This document shows, piece after piece, positions 59,724-64,000 of a DNA stretch of 64,000 nt (positions are counted from its first letter, which is position 1; each line of letters begins with the position of its first letter). The translations under genes were made by a program, and so were the position numbers. The notes beneath the pieces are model-generated. The model worked only from the letters and a program-made list of their open reading frames with translations. It was not told the origin of the DNA and searched no databases. Source of the stretch: a virus (lineage: Duplodnaviria > Caudoviricetes); the IMG/VR virus record IMGVR_UViG_3300015607_000582, positions 32,001-96,000 of that record; one strand, 5' to 3'.

Positions 59724-60999
59724 CACCACGCCCTCCCCTCGTTGCCATGCTTGGCGAGCCACTGGCGGATGAGCTTGTACGCGCCCTCGGCTCGCTCCAA
59801 GGCGCGTTCGATGTCGTGTTCGTCGGGCGACCCGCGCAGGCAGTTGATCGTGCGGACGAGCGCCCGCTGCGTGGCGAACAGGTCGTCGACCTCCGGCACG
59901 GCGCGCTTCATCGGCTGGCGCTGGTAGGGGTGCTCGAACGACCGTGGCAGCGGCTGGGCGATCTGGAAGTGATCCCCGCCCAGCGGGTTGGCTGGATCGT
60001 AGGGGCTCACTCGTCCTCCTCGTCCTCGGGCTCGTCGTCATCGGTGAACTCCAGCGCGGGAGCGCGGTGGTCGCCGGTCAGTGCGCCGAGGGGCGTGGCG
60101 TGCAGCTCGGGCTCGTCAGCCACCTCGGTGTCGTCGGCGGCCGCCAGCTCCTCCTGCGCCTGCGCCCTGCCGCGCTCCGCCCAGTAGTCCTTGACGTGGC
60201 CCTCGAAGCGGTCGCGCACTGCCTCCAGCTCCTTGGTGAGCGGGCTGTAGCGCACATCCACGAGGTTGTTGTGGCACTTGGCGATGTCCTCCGCCTGCTG
60301 CTTGCCCAGCGCGAGGCCGATGACCTCGACGAGGTTCATCAGGTCGGGGACGCGAACCTCGACGAAGTCCATCTTGTAGCTGTCGGCGTCAGACGCCATT
60401 GAGTGCCTCCTCGATCAGGGTCTCGATACGGTCGAAGTCTGGGGCGTGCAGGCTCACGGCCTGAATCGCGCGCTCCCAGAACACCTGCCTCATGCCCCCA
60501 GAGGAGCGCATGATGATGAACGGCGACGACTTCTGGTTGGCCTCGGCCATGAAGTCCTCCAAGCAGTGCTCCATGAAGCCTGCGACGCCGATCTCCTTGA
60601 TGTAGAGCGCGGGTGCCTCGATCTCCATGAGCGCCAGCACCGGATCCTCCCGGTTCTCCAGATAGAACTCCATGTGGAGGTCGAAGGCGATCTCTGGGCC
60701 CTCGTCGCCGATCACTGGTCAGCCACTGCCTTCCCATGCGCGTCGACCAGCCAGATGAGCGACTTGCACACGCCGCACTGCCACAGGTTCACCGGGAGAT
60801 CGGGCTCGCCGGGGCGGTCGTCGATGAACTGCTGGACGGCGTTGAGCGGATGCGGGCACTCGGTGGCCGGGCGATCCTTGGCGGCCAGCACCTCGGTCTT
60901 GCGCATGAGCTGCGCGTCCGGGTTGATCTGCTTGATCGGCGCGACGCCGTCGCGGATCATCTCCTCGAACGTCGACATCTTCTTGGGCTGGTCAGCCAA
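59723..60999 (-). other. Four ORFs (59723-60010, 60007-60399, 60389-60715, 60712-60999)
   Basis: Overlapping chain below the class III motif at 61056-61067. Confidence 0.6.
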
Positions 61000-61570
61000 G
61001 GCCGTCCTCCAACACATCGCGAATGGACTGCAGGTCTTCGATCCACGCCTGCCCTTCACTGCTTAGGAGGCCGCCACGGCGGGCCAGATAGGCGGGATCG
61101 TGGACTGGCATGACGGACATGTACATGCCGAAGCGATCTACCTTCATGACGAGGCCGTGTACCAGCGCGAGGCTGGGCAGCTTCTGGCCAACGATGAAGG
61201 CGGCAGGGCTTGCGCCGACGGCCACAATCAGGTCGGGCTTCGCACTCTGGATGGTCTGAACCAGATGGCCCGAGCAGTAGTCCAGCTCGTGCGCCGTGGG
61301 CTTCCGGTTCACACCTCCGGGGCCGACGGGGCGGCGCGGGATCAAGTTGGTGTAGAGCACCTGCTCGGCCAACCCGAGCCCCTGCATGATCTCGCGCACG
61401 ACCTCACTCGTCTTGCCCGTGAAGGGCTCACCCGTGCGCTCCTCGGTCTCGCTTGGCGCAGTCCCGACCACCATGACCGAGCAGGGCGACGCCCCGCTCG
61501 CCGGGACGAACTGCTGCGCAATCAGCGGGCAGTTGACGCACCGCAGCGGATGAGGGTCAGACGACGCCAT
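60992..61570 (-). CDS. Uracil-DNA glycosylase family 4-like protein
   Basis: C..C.L, VVGTAP..E...GEPF.G, TNL..RP..NRKP, HDPAYLAR. Confidence 0.85.
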   Translation of the reverse strand: MASSDPHPLRCVNCPLIAQQFVPASGASPCSVMVVGTAPSETEERTGEPFTGKTSEVVREIMQGLGLAEQVLYTNLIPRRPVGPGGVNRKPTAHELDYCSGHLVQTIQSAKPDLIVAVGASPAAFIVGQKLPSLALVHGLVMKVDRFGMYMSVMPVHDPAYLARRGGLLSSEGQAWIEDLQSIRDVLEDGLG

Positions 61571-61573
61571 CAG

Positions 61574-62194
61574 CTACGCCAACCCCGCTCGCTCCAGATC
61601 GACGCCCTCCAGTCCCGCTTCGATGGACTTGCGCACGTAGCTCTTGAAGGCGTCCTCGTAGATGGGCCCAGTGATCTTGGGGTGGAAGAACGAGGGCAGC
61701 GGGTGACCGGCGACCGGCGTCATCGCCAGCTCGTGGTGGTACTGCACGACGTCGATGACCCGCTCATCGGGCGCGACGCCCTTGAACTGCAGCGACGTCG
61801 GCTCCGCGTGTCGCAGATACACGCCCTCGTTGACGAGGCAGATGTGGTCGACCGCATCGACGGCCGCCTGCCCCTCCGGCGGAATCGGCCACGGCAGGCC
61901 GTATGCGACACACATGCGCTCGTAGAGCTGGTGCTCCAGCTCCTTCTGCTCGTCGGACTTCCACGGTGTCGGCACGTCGTTGGTGACGGCCTCCGGCGCA
62001 TCGTGGAAGAGCGCGTAGATCGACCACTTCGGCTCGCAGAGCACAGCCGCCGTCAGCGCATGCGCCAGCACGGGGTAGTGCTCCTCAGTGTGGCCAGCGA
62101 AGCGAACGAGGCGGCCGAGGCTCGCCCCGATCTCGCGCAGGGTGAGGACGCCATCGTCGTGCTGCCAGCAGTGCGAGCCGTCGAGCGCAATCAC
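61574..62194 (-). CDS. HD-domain phosphohydrolase (YfbR-like)
   Basis: RFAGHT..HY.V..H, ALFHDAPEA..D.PTP.K. Confidence 0.85.
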   Translation of the reverse strand: MIALDGSHCWQHDDGVLTLREIGASLGRLVRFAGHTEEHYPVLAHALTAAVLCEPKWSIYALFHDAPEAVTNDVPTPWKSDEQKELEHQLYERMCVAYGLPWPIPPEGQAAVDAVDHICLVNEGVYLRHAEPTSLQFKGVAPDERVIDVVQYHHELAMTPVAGHPLPSFFHPKITGPIYEDAFKSYVRKSIEAGLEGVDLERAGLA

Positions 62195-62197
62195 GAG

Positions 62198-62788
62198 CTA
62201 CCTCCCGAGGAGCGTGCGGATCTGCGTGTCGAGGAACGAGAACCCGTCGTCACGCACCGTGTTGTCGATGGTCGCGGTGATGAAGTGATCGGGGAGCGGC
62301 ACCTCGGAGGGGTGGTCGCCCGTGTCCTCGTCGGGGCCAACGACACGCCAGACCTGACCGCCCCGCTCGATGATCGTCTTCGCCTCGTTCTCGAAGCGCA
62401 CGTCCGTGCAGACGAAGGTTCGGTCGAGGCCGCTCCCGAGGTCGCCGCTCAGGGCCATGTCGACCCAGAAGTCGTCACCGAACACGTCGCGGCCACCCTC
62501 GGTGCCCTTGAACTGCAGGTACTGACGCCCGGTGATCGTGAAGTGCTGGACGCCGTCGACCGAGACGGCAATCGTGCCGTGCTCCTTGAGGATGTTGGCG
62601 AGGTCGATCAGCTCCTGATCGGTGCGCCTGTTGCCGAAGGCGTCGCTGCGCATGCCGAGGCTCGCCATGGCGCTGATCTTGAGCTTGTCGGCGAAGCCGA
62701 AGCGGACGGGCTCGATGCCCAGCGCCGCCATGCGCTCGCAGACCGTGTCCTTGCCGCTCCCGAGGCGGCCGTGGATCCCGATCAGCAT
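62198..62788 (-). CDS. Deoxynucleoside monophosphate kinase
   Basis: GRLGSGKDT, FADKLK, R..LQ..GTE, TDVRFENE, H.SE. Confidence 0.9.
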   Translation of the reverse strand: MLIGIHGRLGSGKDTVCERMAALGIEPVRFGFADKLKISAMASLGMRSDAFGNRRTDQELIDLANILKEHGTIAVSVDGVQHFTITGRQYLQFKGTEGGRDVFGDDFWVDMALSGDLGSGLDRTFVCTDVRFENEAKTIIERGGQVWRVVGPDEDTGDHPSEVPLPDHFITATIDNTVRDDGFSFLDTQIRTLLGR

Positions 62789-63039
62789 CAGCAGTTCTCC
62801 GAGTTCTCGGTGTAGAACTCCGTGACCTTCTCGTCGACGCGCTCCTTGAGCACCTCGTAGCGGTCGGCGACGAACGCCTCGACCAGCTCCTCGGACAGGC
62901 CCTCGACGTTCCACCGCTCGGTCTGCGAGACGTGCAGGTCAGCACTCTCGTACTTCGCGATGCTGGCCTTCACTCCAGCGGAGTAGCTGACGACAGCCTC
63001 GATCTGCTTGGGCTGCGGCAGTTCCTTCTTCGGCGGCAT
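62788..63039 (-). CDS. Hypothetical protein (83 aa)
   Basis: ORF below a class II promoter. Confidence 0.65.
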   Translation of the reverse strand: MPPKKELPQPKQIEAVVSYSAGVKASIAKYESADLHVSQTERWNVEGLSEELVEAFVADRYEVLKERVDEKVTEFYTENSENC

Positions 63040-63068
63040 GCTTCCCCCATGGGTTGGACTTGCGCCCC

Positions 63069-63094
63069 ATCATAGAGACGGCGTCGGACGAACC
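63069..63094 (-). promoter_or_regulatory. Class II promoter GGTTCGTCCG-N10-TATGAT
   Basis: Directly after a TGA stop. Confidence 0.8.
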
Positions 63095-64000
63095 TCAGCC
63101 GCGATAGCGCCACGAGCGCCAAGTGACGTCGCCGCGCTGGGGATCGAACAGCACCAGCTCCGGGTGCCAGCGCCCATCCGGATGGAGCACGATGACCCCG
63201 AAGGACTGACCCACGTCGTGCGCGTGGTTGTAGCCGAGGTCGCGGCGAGCCATCGTGCCGACGCTCCACGCGATCCGCTGCACGTACCCGTTGGCGGTGC
63301 GCTTGGGGACGACGTTGATCGCGGTCTTGTGGTCGTGGCCCTGAAAGACGTCGACGCCCTCCCAGTTCTGCAGCTCCCGCACCGCGCCGCCACCCTTGCC
63401 CGTGTACACGCCGTGCAGGCCAAGCAGCTCGTCGGTCAGGTGCAGGATGTTGTCGTGGTACTCGCCGCCACTGTCGACGAGGTTGATGCGCAGCGAGTCG
63501 AGGTTGAGGACGCTGCGGAGACCGAGCAGTGGGTGATCCTCGCCGGGCCGCGTCAGCTCCGCCAGCTCGGGGAACTTCTCAAGGATGCGGTACCAGAGCC
63601 AGTGGTCGTGGTTGCCGACGATGAGGTCGAAGTCTGCGTCAGGTGCTGCGTTGCGCCAGCGGGCGAGGAGCGCGTAGGTACCCATCTGGGACTCCTCGAC
63701 GCTGATGTCGAGGTCGACCCGCTTGTTCTTGCGATGGCGGCTGAACGGCGAGGCGTCCCATGCGTCACCCAAGCAGATGACACGCTCGGGCTGGAACTCC
63801 TCCAGCCACGCGACTGACGCCTCCTCCATGATCTCCTCGTTGAGGGGCGCGTGGGGGTCGGGGAAGATGGGGATGAGCTTCGGCTCGTTCGACTTGCCAC
63901 GCGACGGGCGAGCGGGCGGCGGCACCCAGCCGGGCTTGAGGTCGAGCTGGAGGCTGGAGAAGTCGGGCTTGCGCTCCAGCCAGAGCTTGAGCTGGTAGCT
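63095..64000 (-). CDS. Metallophosphoesterase (5' end outside window)
   Basis: PDPH, LGD..D, GNHD, HG, GHDH motifs. Confidence 0.85.
   Translation of the reverse strand, partial: SYQLKLWLERKPDFSSLQLDLKPGWVPPPARPSRGKSNEPKLIPIFPDPHAPLNEEIMEEASVAWLEEFQPERVICLGDAWDASPFSRHRKNKRVDLDISVEESQMGTYALLARWRNAAPDADFDLIVGNHDHWLWYRILEKFPELAELTRPGEDHPLLGLRSVLNLDSLRINLVDSGGEYHDNILHLTDELLGLHGVYTGKGGGAVRELQNWEGVDVFQGHDHKTAINVVPKRTANGYVQRIAWSVGTMARRDLGYNHAHDVGQSFGVIVLHPDGRWHPELVLFDPQRGDVTWRSWRYRG

Noticed and set aside
9457-62788. Modified-base (dZ or dU) genome pathway suggested by MazG, HD hydrolase and dNMP kinase
   Set aside because: There is no PurZ or other base-synthesis gene in the window, the genes are not clustered, and ThyX, TK and UDG argue for ordinary thymine DNA.
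36068-62815. Long plus-strand ORFs (e.g. 36068-38110, 42969-45476, 49649-51601, 53026-55635, 56198-58528, 61100-62815)
   Set aside because: They are antisense shadows of strongly GC3-biased minus-strand genes, with no recognisable motifs or RBS.
13018-63094. Repeats considered as a CRISPR array or attachment sites
   Set aside because: They are dispersed at kb spacing, only 10 bp long, tied to a -10 hexamer, and there is no cas or integrase gene in the window.

Overview
The window is a 64 kb GC-rich segment of a large tailed-phage genome. Essentially every credible gene is on the minus strand, and many overlap by ATGA. The host is probably actinobacterial, possibly Thermoleophilia (inference). 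Layout: 1-9.2 kb virion/tail-associated genes; 9.2-28 kb small accessory genes plus MazG, metallophosphoesterases, a FliA/WhiG-like sigma factor, AbrB and thioredoxin; 28-40 kb cassettes under repeated sigma70-like promoters, with FliW and a class II RNR; 40-49.6 kb GroES, GNAT, NAD ligase, TK, lytic transglycosylase, RNase H and ThyX; 49.7-59.2 kb three ~1000-aa multidomain effector proteins; 59.3-64 kb UDG, HD hydrolase, dNMP kinase and a phosphoesterase. Three distinct promoter motif classes can be read directly from the sequence. The most notable observation is a structured non-coding RNA at ~38186-38351 whose hairpin loops (UUCCUCCGUU, UUUGGUCG, UUGGU) are complementary to the conserved AACGGAG-ACCGACCA translation-initiation region of the putative early genes. 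It lies ~2 kb from a phage-encoded FliW (CsrA antagonist), suggesting a post-transcriptional switch. Also seen: two tRNA-like pseudo-RNAs, polyproteins with recurring (R/K)-(T/V)-A linkers at domain borders, and a nested alternative-frame gene. All calls come from reading the sequence by eye; no database searches were run.
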